A DNA stretch of 64,000 nucleotides from Amphiscolops sp. MND2022 (lineage: Eukaryota), in assembly GCA_964187785.1 (NCBI GenBank), contig OZ076409.1, forward strand, positions 67,270,001 through 67,334,000. The letters run 5' to 3'. Shown here one piece after another: positions 12,440 through 25,536 of this stretch. How positions within the stretch are numbered: the stretch's first letter is position 1; the number at the start of each line of letters is the position of its first letter. The notes beneath the pieces were generated by a model. That model was not told where the DNA came from. It did not search any database and worked only from the letters and a program-made list of their open reading frames with translations. The position numbers were made by a program, and so were the translations under genes.

Positions 12440-13393
12440 CTTTTTTTAAGTCATCGCTTTTGACAATAATGTCCCTTTTACAGTGGCTATTTTTTTCTCT
12501 ACCACAGAGATTCCTCAGTACAGACGATGTCTATCGCCCGTCATAGCTCATGACGAACTGAAAAAAGTTTCACTGCATTTTAAATCACCGCTCCAGCTAT
12601 CCATTAGCTCAATAAAAGTTTTGAGAGGTAAATTTTTTGTCATTGGGAATATGGTTTCCCTGTCTTTTGACGTTTCTTTCTGCTCAACGCATTTCCCCTC
12701 AAGAAAACAGAACCCGGCTATTACAGTGTCTATTTTTTCGCGAGATAATAGAATGTATGCGTGGTGGACACTTTTAAAATAAACTATCAACGCTACTAAA
12801 CTACTGTACAGGCCAAGTCTGTCCAGCGAAAACGCATCTAAGTTAGTGCAATGGGTCCCTCCTCTCATTTTTTCCTTTTTTAACGGAACATACAAAACCG
12901 AACGAGACTAAAGGGTCCTCCCTTACAATTTTTTCGATTTTTTTTATGTCTTTTAAGGGTCCCCATCAATTTCTTTTTTTGATATTTTGCAACTGAATGG
13001 ATGTTGAAAAATCAGAAATAGTCCCTTTTGTCATTTTCGGCACTGTTAGACTGCTTCAAAATTCTCATTTTTGGCCTGAAATTAGGTTTTCTGAATAAAT
13101 ATCCACTAGTTTTTTTGAAAACTCCAAATTTTGTAGGTGGAGGTTCTGAGAATTTGCGCTATATCCGAACTATAATGATTTTTACTGAGGAGGAGGCGTA
13201 GGATCGAAAAAAGCGGTCGCATTTGTCTCAGCACGCTAGATCTGAAATTCTGAAGCGTTTTCCGAGCACGAAAGGCACCATGTGGTTTTGAAACTGCTTT
13301 CTGAGTTTTTCAAAATACGTCTTAGGCATATTTTAAAAACTGCGCTTTTTGAGCTTTAGGTATAGCGCCGACTTTAGACATTCCCGTCTTGTT
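12440..13393 (+). mobile_element. HINE/DINE-1-like repeat copy
   Basis: GCATCTAAGTTAGTGCAATGGGTCCC at ~12836, AAAGGGTCC and GATATTTTGCAAC subunits, 3' end GCGCCGACTTTAGACATTCCCGTCTTGTT. The 5' boundary is approximate. Confidence 0.55.
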
Positions 13394-16300
13394 TATAATC
13401 ATAGTTATATAATTATATTACTATAATTATATAACTGAATTATATAAATCAAACCTGCGATACTGTCAATTTTTCAGAATCGAATGCGTTTCTGTGCAGA
13501 ATCATATGGTCCAATGCGATCGCATTTATAGAACCTAATAGTTATTTCCCGTCTATATTCCATATGACAAAAGAAGATTCATCTGCAAACACGTTGTTTT
13601 TCCAAGTTGCGGCAAATTAGAATTTTCACTCTTAAGTTTATGTTTCATAATTTCGAAATTTCAAAGTGTTTTCCTCCGTGAAACGTGGCATTTTATTCTA
13701 TCTTTTCACATCGAATGCCATGAATAAGTGTTGTTGTCTGTCTGTTTGTTAATAATACCAAAACAGCCAATCACTCTCTTGAAGTAACAAATTGTGGTAC
13801 CTGTTGAATGAAAATCGATATAATTTTAACATTTCTGCTTCTTGAAAATTTCGTTTAAAATTTGCATCTTCTTCTGCTCTGCTCAATGAATGCAATCAGA
13901 TAAATGTACAGGACGGTCCTGTGTTTGTAAACAACAACAGTGACAAACAATAGCAACAATGGAAGTTTTTGTTCGGCTTCTTGGCGTTTTGTTTTCTATT
14001 CGAAAATCGCTTCGTATGCAGTTGCATTCTGTACAACAACACCTACATATTTTTCGTAGCAGTGAATTAGCCACATCGATTGTTTATTTCCGCACATTTT
14101 TCTCATGGAAAACGAATGCATGTTTGCATTTTGTGCAAAAATCATTCATGTCACTTGTTAATTCATCCCTGCAACCACTCTCTCCAACGATTTTTTCATA
14201 ATTTCAAGTGAAATCAAGCGCTGTCTGAAAATATCTAAAAGCAAGCATTACTTTCGTCTTGCTCCATTTGCTTTTACGTTTTCAGAGCATTTTTCCCGGT
14301 TTTCTCCCATTTTGTTTTCTAACTGTACCCACAGTTGAATTCTTTCCCCGAGTTTTTTCTTTTCCTGTTTTCGTTTACTTTATCCTTGCTTTAATTTACT
14401 GTTTGTCAATCTTTTTTATTGTTGCATTATTTGCGAGCATTCCTCTCATATGAATCGCCATACCTTTTCGCATTTTTGGCGAGCTGAAATTTTCTTGTCT
14501 GTGCTTCTACAGTCAAAACTATACGTTGTCTGTTTGTTTTTACCTTCTCAGCTTCCGATATATGCAAAAGCAATGTGTTCTACAATTTAACAAACGTTTC
14601 GTTGGCAAATAGACCAATCGAATATTTTTGATTGTCTGTATGGAAATGGTATATAACAAACAGGTCGTGTAGGCCGAAGTTCCAATGGTGCGATCTTTAG
14701 ATGGAATCTTTTCTGGTGCCTTTTCAGAACCACGCATGTCAATCATACATATAGCCTATTACATAACAAACCTATTCATACATTCATACCAATGCAACTT
14801 CATGGCTTTGCCGTAATTAGCTGAACTTTGGTAGCGTTACACTACTTTTCTACTTTTCAGCTCTGCTTCTCAATGATTGATAACAGACGGATGAGCAGTA
14901 AGCAACTAAACAGGCGCTTCCAATCTAATTCGTTTTTTGCTTTCCTCTTTTTCTGTTCTCATTCGTGACGGTTTCCTCTCTAACCAGCGGGATCCCGAGG
15001 ATTCTTTTTCCACGATTGTATTCGCAACACTGGTTTTTTCCGTTGCTTCCATTGTGATTTATTATAAATGCAAGTATTTTTTGTATATGCAATATATTTG
15101 AATGATGAAGCAATCGCAGTATTTATTGTGAATGTCTGAAATGAAAATACGTTTTTCTTAAGGTTGCGATGGTTGTAGCGTACTTCGTACTTCTCGAATA
15201 TGGTAAACGATGCGTATTAACATTGGTAGCAATGGTACTTTACAGAAGCATAGGTGAACGACGCACTAGCCACCAACGTCGTGGTTCGCTCGATTCCTTC
15301 ATTCAGTTTCCAACTGAGTAGAAACGAGTAAGACTGAACACTAAGTTACAAGGTATTACAAAGGCGAATACTGCTGTGAAACAACACGCTTATCAGAGAC
15401 AAGAAGCGGCGCGGAAAAAGCAGTTCTTGTTTCGTGGGTTAAGACTACGGCTATTCGGTGGTAATAATTGAAATGAAAACAAAAGTGAAGCGACGATGGC
15501 TGTGTGCTCGCTTTGCAGGTAGATGGTATGTTTTTGAATGGTATGAAGGTAGATTTAGTGATTGTTGTTGTTGGTGGTGTAGTAGAAGCAGGTCTCCGTG
15601 TCCGGTTGGCTTTCTGGTCGGTGGTTGGATGGTGAGAGAATGACGATGGTAAGAATGGAAAAGCAAGACAGACAGTCGTGCTTTGCTGATGGAGGAACGA
15701 GGAGGAAAACAGGTACGTACGTATGTAGTAGAAGGTAGAATTATAGGAGCAGAACTAGAAAAGTGGAAAAGATTTGATTCGCTGTTATTTGCTTCCCTTG
15801 CTGCCCTTTCGGTGGTGGCAGAGACTATAGCTCTTCTTTCCCTTTTCTTTTTCTGTTTCTACCTTTTCCTTGCTAGCTGCTCTGCGCGTGCGCGAAAGGA
15901 TTGAACAATTGTTTTGTTCAGCGCTGCTCAGTTGTCTTATATATGATGCAAGCAATGGAAAATGTCAGTAAAATGGAAAAAAGAATTGTAGGGGCCGGCG
16001 AGGAATGCCATGCTATGGTGTGTTGAAAATGATGGAAAATATTGTAGTATATTTTAGCCATCATTAATCTCAAGTCAACTCTAGCCAAATCGACCTCATA
16101 CTTTTCATCATTGCGCATTGGAACTGCCTCAGCTGCAAATTCAGTAGTACTTTCATTGCACCTAGACAGTGGAGCAAAATCACAATCACGGAAAACGGCA
16201 GAACGAACAAGAAAAAATGAAAAGAGGAAGAAAAAACAACAGCAACAGTCGCCTCCATATATACTCAGTACAGTAAAATATATATCTACTGTACCTACAT

Positions 16301-18329
16301 TACCTACAGAATATCTCTCTAGCTATACAGAGCCCCTTTGAAGTAACTCAACCACTATACGAACCAACCACTATACTGCAGTTCTACGTTCTACAGTGCA
16401 CTCCATTACTTATAACCACTGTGTGTGTTATTATTACTACCACAGTAGACTGCCACAATATTATTATTACTAGTATTACTATTTTATTGTTATTATTGTT
16501 TATTACTATCATTACCATCCCCGTCTCCAGTGTTTAATCATTGTGTCACCTAATCATTTTTACTCAGTCAGAGAAAAAACGGGATAAAAATATACAACTA
16601 CATCCAGCTATTAAAAGTATGAAGAGAAGAGGGAAGGATGACGGAATAGCAAGCATCATCGGAGGTACGGAATAATTCTGCGGCTGCTTTTTGGGTTATA
16701 GCTGTTCCTTGTGTGCTGATATTGTTCTGTTATGTTCTTCTCCTCAACAGCATCATCGTCAACACCGTAACCCGACAAGAATTATTCTACTTTCCATATA
16801 TGTGCATACACATTCACCCTGCTCTTTCCACCATCTATAACTCCATTCCTACCCATTCGTCCTTCTAGTCGACTAGCTATTTTACCCTCCGTGATACAAT
16901 GTATTCTGTACTTGCTTGGCGTAATACGCAATAACAAACAACAGTAGTGGCGAAAAGTATGAAGAAATCAACAATAACAGTTACCATTATAACTATTACC
17001 ATTTTCATACGTATATCATCTTCCATGGACAAGGCACTATCCGTGACAACATACCTGTTCTAAGTTTTGTCATATTATTCGGTATGAATTTTGCAGTTAC
17101 TTTGGGGTAAGATAAAAAGCATAATAGTACGGCCCATTTCGGTCTGTAATTTCCCCGCAATCCGAGCCGACAGACTTCATTATTAAAGCCACAAAAATTA
17201 CAACCATCATAACAACTATTCTATCATTACTCACGGTTATAACAATTTTCCCGCGACACCACATTCAACTGAAAATCTTCTCATTTACATGAATCAAAAA
17301 GTTGTTTTTATCTCTTGTTTTTCCTTTTGAGATTTTACAGTCGCGCCCAAGTTTATAGCTTCTTACTTGGCGGCAAAAAAGAAACTGTTTATAAACGTCG
17401 CCCGTATTCCATTTCGGTAGGTGACTCTATCCAAATCTTTTTGAAATGTAGGTCCTTGGTTGTTCAGATTAGACGTTAACTCACTAACCCAATTTCGTTT
17501 TTTCCAGCATACTATCAAACATCCCATGTCTTTCCTTGCTTTCCTGTTCCGATTTCCCTGTTTAACCCATTTTTCCCTACAGATCTGGTACTTTTTTATG
17601 AAATAAAAACATCATGTAGTCAATTTATACGCGGCTTGATAAATATATGAAAAAACAACACACAAAACTGTGGTGACAAATTACGATAATTTTGTGTCTG
17701 AACAGAATTTTTTCTTCAACAGCCGAGTTTCAACATCTCGCGATCTAGTTTTTTTTGACGTTAGAGCTCATACGTTGTCTTACTGTTATGCTCTTATGGA
17801 TTTGGTATTTACTCCAACCATGGAATAAGTACCCAGAGGGCTCTAACCAGCTGGTAAGTGTTCAGTTGCCATTGATGAAATTCCGAGGTGGCATCTGCAG
17901 CTTTCGCAGCGGCAACCGGTGGTTTGTAATATTTTTATTGACAGTCCAGTATTTTGCCTCAGCGCTATCAGTCCTAAAGTTTTGCACTGTTTTGACTGAG
18001 TTATGTTTGCTCTTCAACATTGCTTACAACGCAGCTTCGTTGGAAATAGAGACTATTGATGCGAAATTGCTTCCACCGGTGGTTTGAATTGGAGTTCCAG
18101 TAAGGGTGTTACTTATACGAGAAGTCAAAAAGTGTATGCACACCCTGTTTCTTGAAAATTTATGAGACTGATAAACTTTAATACAGAAAAAGATTGACTT
18201 TGAAAGTTTGCGAACAAAAATTTGAGCCATTGTTTCCTTTCAAAAATACAATTTTTCGCAGATAGGTTCATTTTTCTGCGCCACACGCGTAGTTATGTGA
18301 AAAATATGTTGGTGATTTTGTTTTCTCTA

Positions 18330-18960
18330 TGCCATCAAAGGACAAGGCTGGAAGGGCTCAGGTTGAAAATAGGAAATCATTAAACAAAACCAAACGAATC
18401 TGTAAAATATTTGGGCATACATATAGATCGAAACCTGACATATCAACAAGATGTTAAAAATAATTTTACAAAAAATGGCCTGTGGTATTGAAAAGATTTA
18501 TTGCTTACGAGGTTTCCTACAACGAAAAGAAAAACGTTTGGTTCTAAATTCTCTCGTAATTAGTCATATACACTATTCTCCCTTTCTTCTTACTGGTATA
18601 TCGCAATAACTTCTGACAACATTAGAAAAACATTTATATTGAGCAGTAAAACCTGGCTTTCACTGACATAACTTGGAATCAGCACATGATCTTAGAATCA
18701 GACACAAAATTTTGTCTATCAGGCACTTCTTGGATTAAAAAACTATTTACTTTTTTTTGCAAATAGAAATCTAACTTTTTGCCTGCCTTCCGATATATTG
18801 AAAGTACCACAGCAAACTTCAACCATCAAGTGCGATCATATAAGTTGATCTAAAACACTTATTTCCGGAGTGACTTTATCCAGCAAAAGTTTCTTCAAGA
18901 GAGCAATTCTTTTATGAAACACCCTAACACAAACACTAAAACACTAAAACTGACTGGAAA
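18330..18960 (+). pseudogene. CR1/L2-type LINE 3' remnant
   Basis: ESVKYLGIHIDRNLTYQQDV (KYLGI at 18405-18419), frameshifted KMACGIEKIYCLRG, and a short-repeat tail ACACTAAAACACTAAAAC near 18933. Confidence 0.75.
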
Positions 18961-21900
18961 AGTTTGTGAATGAATTTGGTCAAAAATCTTGGAGGGATTA
19001 CCGTTTTAAATATTAATTAATTTTTTCGCCTTGATTTGTATGTCTTCTCTTCTGCGCACACTGTTCTTCATGTCATTTTAAAGTTTTTTTTCGGTTCAAA
19101 TATGCATGTAGCTCGCTTAACTCGTTAGCAGAAGTGGAGGAACCTACACAATGGGTTCATCGCTAGGGACAGGCGCCCATCGCGACAAGTCGATTTTGCC
19201 TCGAGGGTGATATACGTTCCCAAGGCCGTGGTTGCTCCATCGGAATACAATCAACTGATGTTGCTTCTGAACAAGTTACAATTCCAATATCGACTGTATT
19301 TGTGCACCAGATGGTGCCGTTACATAGCCTAGGCAAGATACCGCCATATAGTAACTCAAACATTAAACTTTACACAAAAAATGGTCTCCAGGAGTTAATT
19401 TTTAAACGTCGATGAGGCTCCTTAATTTAGAATTCTGGGGCGACATGCCGGCACACTCCAAGTCCGGACAGTCCCTCCAGCACGTACAAATGAATCGTAG
19501 GGTTCCGGAGTGTTCCTACATACCCCAAGTTCTGAAAATGGCAATTAGGCGAAATATATGTAAGTGGCTCCAACGAGCAAAAATAACAGATCTACTAGAT
19601 CATACATTTGCAAACACATGAAAAACAATGCAAAGGTACAAAATGCCGGCGGGAAAATTTGAGTCAAAGCCTCAATGAGACCCCGACTTGCAGAAGAGTC
19701 GATACAATGTTTTAAAATTCCGTAGTTTATGATTTTCCGGACGAAATAGGGTTGCATTCGCATCTTCGGGTGTATATCCTGGTTCTGCGGATTATATTCA
19801 ACAATAGCAAGGTCTCTGGGGGTAGTGTATGTCAGTTCGGGTGTTGGTGGTTGCGTGTTTTCACTTTTTCGTCTTCGTTTCTGATTCCGTTTCCCTGCTA
19901 ACATCGAAATTTTTGTGTGGTTTTTTGAACTAATTTTTGGTTGGTGACGTTAGATGGAGCATCTTTTTCCCATTTACCTGCCAATTCTGTGAACAAGTAT
20001 GTTGTGGACAACAATCACGCGTTCTTGTTAACACGTTTGTTCTGGAAATTCATCCAACCCACAAATCGCACTTCTGTTCCCCAAAATAATTCCTAGCACT
20101 TTGTACACAAACCGCGATTAATTCGATTTTTGACACGAACAGGGGTGTTATTTATTTGCGGTAAAAACTGTTAACTCAGACAATGCAGAGTCTTGACTAC
20201 AATGGTTACTAATATTTACAACACAATAAAAAAGAACCATAAAGGTGTTTCTTTACATAAAGTCGTTTGCTTTTTCATTATAAAGCAATTTCGCTGTGCA
20301 ATAAAAACGTCATCTAGTCAGTGGAATTCGATGAAAAGTGGAGAACAATTTTTGGATGTCTTGCTAAACGATGGACATGTTGATTGTCCAGTGGTTTAAT
20401 TTCCAGTCTGTTTGGATCAAACTAAGGCTCTTGTTGACGAAATTGTCCAACTGTTGTTTTACCGGACCAACAACGTTTTATCGGACTACATTATTATCAA
20501 TTGTTTTTTCTACACACCTTACAAGTTACGAAGACAACGAAAAAACAACAAAAAACGTGACATCTCAGATTATTCATGATCCAAAGTATGAATCCATATA
20601 ATAGAAATGTTCATATACTCGCTAGATTTCACTCAGCTGAAGAAATGTATAGTTTAGCATGTCTGTAAAAAATATTTTATTTTTCTTCTCTTATAATTGA
20701 ATAAGAGCCCTGCACTGACGCCAGAGTTGTGGCTAACATTTTGGGTAAAAGGTCTCGAAAAGCCCCGGTTGCTTACGTTTTCCGGCCTAAGCTGTACCGA
20801 AAGTAGAATTGCGAACTTGGTAGTTTTCGAGACATTCATGCCATAAGGCTCTAAAATGTTCCGTTAACGGTATGGTATATATTTTGTCACTCATTCGAAT
20901 GAAAAATTTCACCGAGCCTCTGTAGAAACTTTTGTGGCTACAACAGCTATTAAAAAACCTTACATACATTCCAGCCAAAAAAGGTTAGTTTTTTGAAACT
21001 GTAGTTTTTCTTTTTTGGAAATGTGGAAAATGATTGATTTTTTTCGAAGAGAGTTTGTGATGATAATATATCCCCTATGCGTAATATCTTTTGCCAAAAT
21101 ACCTCCAGCCGTAACAATCGTCGCGAGCTTTGATCGACGCACCTCAGCCCAAGTTTCAAACTTTTTCGTCTTCAGCTTCGTTTTTGAAACATGGTGCATT
21201 GTGGTTATTGCATGCAAGGCAGGGTTGCAAGTCGTCGTTTTAATCAACGATTCATCCTCACATGATTCATGGGTTTGCCTTGCCAAGAATTTTTTCATAA
21301 TCATTGAACGATATCAATGGTGTCATGGATGACCATGGATGAAAGGCCATGATGTTATAGATGATCATGAATGAAAACCCATAATTTAACCTTATTTTGT
21401 GACCTATTTTGCCTTATGTTAAGCGTTTGAAGAAATAGACCTCTTTGAGACTAGTCATGCTCTCAAATGCCATAAATCATTTGATTGAATTGATGAATTC
21501 AAATGAGCAGTTGAACGGTATGAAGAAGATATTTCAAAGCAAAATGTGGTATGAAAAAGTGTACTGACCTTTGTTTTTTATAACTATAATATTATATATG
21601 CTATAAATTAATCACTTAAAACAACCATGTTTCCATGAGGGCGACTTCAATCAAAGTCAGACTGGTGATTATTCATGATCGAGTATGATGAGAAACCATC
21701 ACTGATCATTTTTGACAGTGAAAGTTATGCAATGAAAAGTTCAGGACGATGGATTGAATACCTAGGACGAGCCGTGATAGCCAATACGCACCACCTTTCG
21801 GGATATACACAAACATATCGTAAATTCAAGAGGTTTTAGTAGGCAGTTCTAATGAGAATATGTCACCGAAAATTACAGTGAATAGTCTTTGTTGTCAAAG

Positions 21901-22940
21901 CACAGAGGGCATGCGTAATGACCACTTTTTGAGTTTGTTTACGCTGTCAGTAGTAGTCTGAATGCGTGCTTTCCAAACAGACGGCAGTCGGTTCCATTGA
22001 ATGCCGAGGACTGAATATCTTTGTTTACAAACACTTGACCTGTCAAAGGGTCCCCCTTTTGCATTTTAGGCAGAATGTAATTTTTCACTGAAGGGCACAT
22101 TCGGGTTTTGCCGTGTTTCAACGTCTTTCAAGTCTAGCGGGTCCCATCTTTGGGTTTTTTTGGACTTCTGCGACATTTTTTTGGAAATTTTATCATCAAT
22201 TTGGGATGTTTTCAATAAAAGAAAATCCATTTCTAAGAGTTTACGCGTTTTGAGTTTTAAGCAGGGACGTCACGGCACTTTAGACGTTTAAGTTTTGTAA
22301 TTTTCCGAGAGAAAAATCAAGATCTGTGTTGCATTTTTTTCCAAATTCTACCATATTTCCACCGCTCAATTTTTTTCCACCACTCTTAACTTCACTCTTC
22401 TATACACTCTCTCACTTCACTTATTTACTTTACTATTCTTAGTTACTTGACTATTTTACAAAATAGTCAAGTAACTAAAACAGCTTTGAGGAGGGAATAA
22501 TATCTAATGTCAAAATTGGGAAAAAGATCTAGAGGAAATAAGATCTAAAATCACTAAATTTTAGGTCTTATACTTTAAATTCTACTCCCAAAATAGCTAT
22601 GACTCAGTTGGTAAAAGCGAAGAAGGCGGAAAATATCCCGGTGCTTAGCGGGCGTCTTGTTAGAGTATAAAGCGTTAGAAACTATAAGGGCGGAAGCCAT
22701 CTTAATCAATTGCATGTATGGTTCCTCAAGATATCAATAAATCTTAATTAGAAGAAGAGTCAAAATCAATGTTGTTCTCACGAAATTTCTAAAGTAAAAT
22801 CAGTGCGTTATATCGGTGTGGTTTTTGTTAAGACAACCGTTTTCCTTCGCCGCACTGATTTATGTTGATCGAGCCATCAAACGGTTTTAGAGTGATCATC
22901 ACTGTGGGTATACCGTACTGTCTGTCATATGGTATCAGTA

Positions 22941-24394
22941 GATTACGTCCCAAATGACATAAATGCAAATGACAAAAATGCGATTGAAACAAAAATAAAT
23001 GAATTCCCAAAAAACAAAAAACAATCAAACACTTCTGAATAGTTGAAAATTGAAATTCAACCTTGCGTTATTTTCTCGCTTGCACTGGATCATTGTTAAT
23101 ACTACGTATTTGCATTACAATAAGTTTGCGTTGGTTGAAAATTGAAATTTTGCGTTATCAATGTCATTTAAATTTTACAAAAAGGGACGCGACGGTACTT
23201 TGAATAACCAAAACTACAGTTTTTTTTGCTCTAAATTGATAGAAATTGGGGCACTATCGTGCTTTCCACCGAATGGCAATTACAATTGTTGGCTAAATCT
23301 GATATTTTACTTTCAGATGGGACTTTCAAAAGCTCCCCAAAATTGTTTTTTCAATTATACATAATTCATGGGATGTTTAAAAGATCAAAAGTTTTCGCTT
23401 GTTTGGGTTCTTTTGAAAAACAAAACCACAGGAATTTTCCGAAGAATGCTGGAAATATTCAGAAGACAACTTCGAAAACGAAACAAAAATCTGCCCGTAA
23501 AAGAGATCAAATTTGACTTTGAGCTCGGTTTCAAAAATGCAGTTGAAACTGATTTTCCGCGAGTCCGGATTCCTGGGTGATATTTTCATATTTTACCAAA
23601 GCTCTTTTGAAAAGAATTAAAGAAATGGGCCTTTTCAATATTTACAGAAATGATCCGCTTTCGAATGCTTTCTTTCGGAAAAAATGGCTATCGGATTTCT
23701 TCCTGTTTTTTTCGTCCGACGAAAATATTATGAACGTTTGCAAACAACAAAGGTACGGTTTTATAAAAACTGCTATTCTCAAGTTGTATGATTTTTGCAG
23801 TATTTCGAAACTACATGGTTAAATTTGTTTCCCCTAACTTTTATAATGTTTACTCGCGTCCCTTGACCTTACGAATAAATAATGCATGCAAAGGTTACAA
23901 CAATCGCATCAATACTCGTTTGGGAAAACGGGTTAAACCGAATTTTGGGTTATTTCTAAGAATTTTACAATAAGAAAAATGGGCAAAAACATGTTTCGAA
24001 CAGTACAAGATGGGATACGCATCAAAACCTCAAAGAAAAAATGGCGAGATTTAAACAGCCAAATCCAGAACTTGAAGAATCGGTTTGAATCAAGAATAAT
24101 AGCGCTTGATGAATACTGGCCAAATATGAGCCATATTTGCCAAATTGTGCAATAAACAATAACACTAATCAAAAACTGCAATAATTAATGAATATCGTCA
24201 ATATTTATCGGTGACTATTATATATGTTCTGCGAACTCAATTCATTTTTATGTTAAATGCGAATTCAATGTACTTTTATGTTTTCTGGGATTTATTTTAT
24301 TTTTATGTTAAATGGTAATTCATTCTACTTTTATGTTTTCTGGGAATTAATTTATTTTTATGTTATTTGCGTTTATGTCATTTGGGAAACCACC
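22941..24394 (+). mobile_element. Decayed Mutator-like (MULE) DNA transposon
   Basis: Long TIRs (CCCAAATGACATAAA(T/C)GCAAAT.. at 22949 and its reverse complement ending at 24386) and a 9-bp TSD GTATCAGTA/GTATGAGTA. Confidence 0.9.
23259..24170 (+). pseudogene. MULE transposase pseudogene (frameshifts and stops)
   Basis: SDGTFKSSPKLFFQLYIIHG, KFDFELGFKNAVETDFP..IPG*YFH and RINNACKGYNNRIN motifs spread over ORFs 23259, 23368, 23577 and 23788. Confidence 0.85.
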
Positions 24395-25536
24395 GTATGA
24401 GTATATAAAGGTTCATTTTCCTTGAAGACAACATTTATCTCGTATAAGGGACTAGGTAATTTTGGCAACTGGCATTTTCTCTCAAAATTATATTCGTCAA
24501 AATTTAAAAAGTTTTAGTGAAGAGGCCATTTCAAAACTTGGCTTTCAAAAATTTGAGTAGCTAACATTGTCCTGGAAAATTAAATGCATTTATTTTTGTT
24601 TTGTCTCAATATTTCTTTAAAAAATTTCAAAATTAGCAATATATCTTTAATTTTCGTTTCTCTTCTGGAAATTTTCGATTAAACCTAAGAATTAGGTAGG
24701 TACTTAATTTGGATACTTTAACGACCAATTTGCAGGAATCAAATCTTGGACAATTTTGATGAAGAACTTACAAAACAGTGATCTTTTAAATCTGAGCATT
24801 TTCGTCTCGAAAATTTGGAAGATTAACCCCAAAATTTAAAAATGCCGCTTAACCAGCGGCATCAGGAAACTCGTTGCAGAAAAGCGTCATTGATGTACTC
24901 GGGTCATTGAAATTTTTCTGAAACCAATAACAATTCCTGTCGTCAAAAAATGGCATCATCAAAGAACGTCGTCTACTTTCCGATATTTTCAAGGGCAAGT
25001 CAACAATGAAAAAAGCCTTTTAGTAACCAGGTTTTGGTCACATTCCTCACCGATTCATTGATTTTGAATGTTCGAAACATTTTCGATGCATTAATTGTTC
25101 AATTTATTCACCTGCCACAGCTGAGTCAATTGTTTCGTCCTTTCAAGAAACTCATGAAACATTTTTGTTCGAAAAAAATTGTCGCTGCAGTTTTGCATTA
25201 TGAAAAAAGTTCCAATGCTGAGTTGAAAATAGAAACGTTTGAAAATTGCTGTTGATATTGAAATTGATTTGAATTTTACGACGAATTGATTCACGCAAAT
25301 GAAATGTAATTCAGTCACGCAACCAACAAAAGTTATTTTCGAGGACGCTTTGTCTGCCTGTGCCTGCTTTGTAAATAGGAAGTAAACAGACAATAATCTA
25401 CAATACTGTATTAAAAGCAGGGTTGTAAATAAAAACGTTCTTCTCAATAAAAAACGTTTTTCATGTTTAAAACGCTTTAAACTGTTTTAAAACACTTTGT
25501 TTTAAATTCGTGGAAATTCCAATAAAGAGATTCAAT

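Noticed and set aside
17755-18230. LINE ORF1 remnant on the minus strand
   Set aside because: It looks coding-like (VSISNEAAL*AMLKSKHNSVKTVQNF), but I could not tie it to a diagnostic motif, so it is not listed as a feature.
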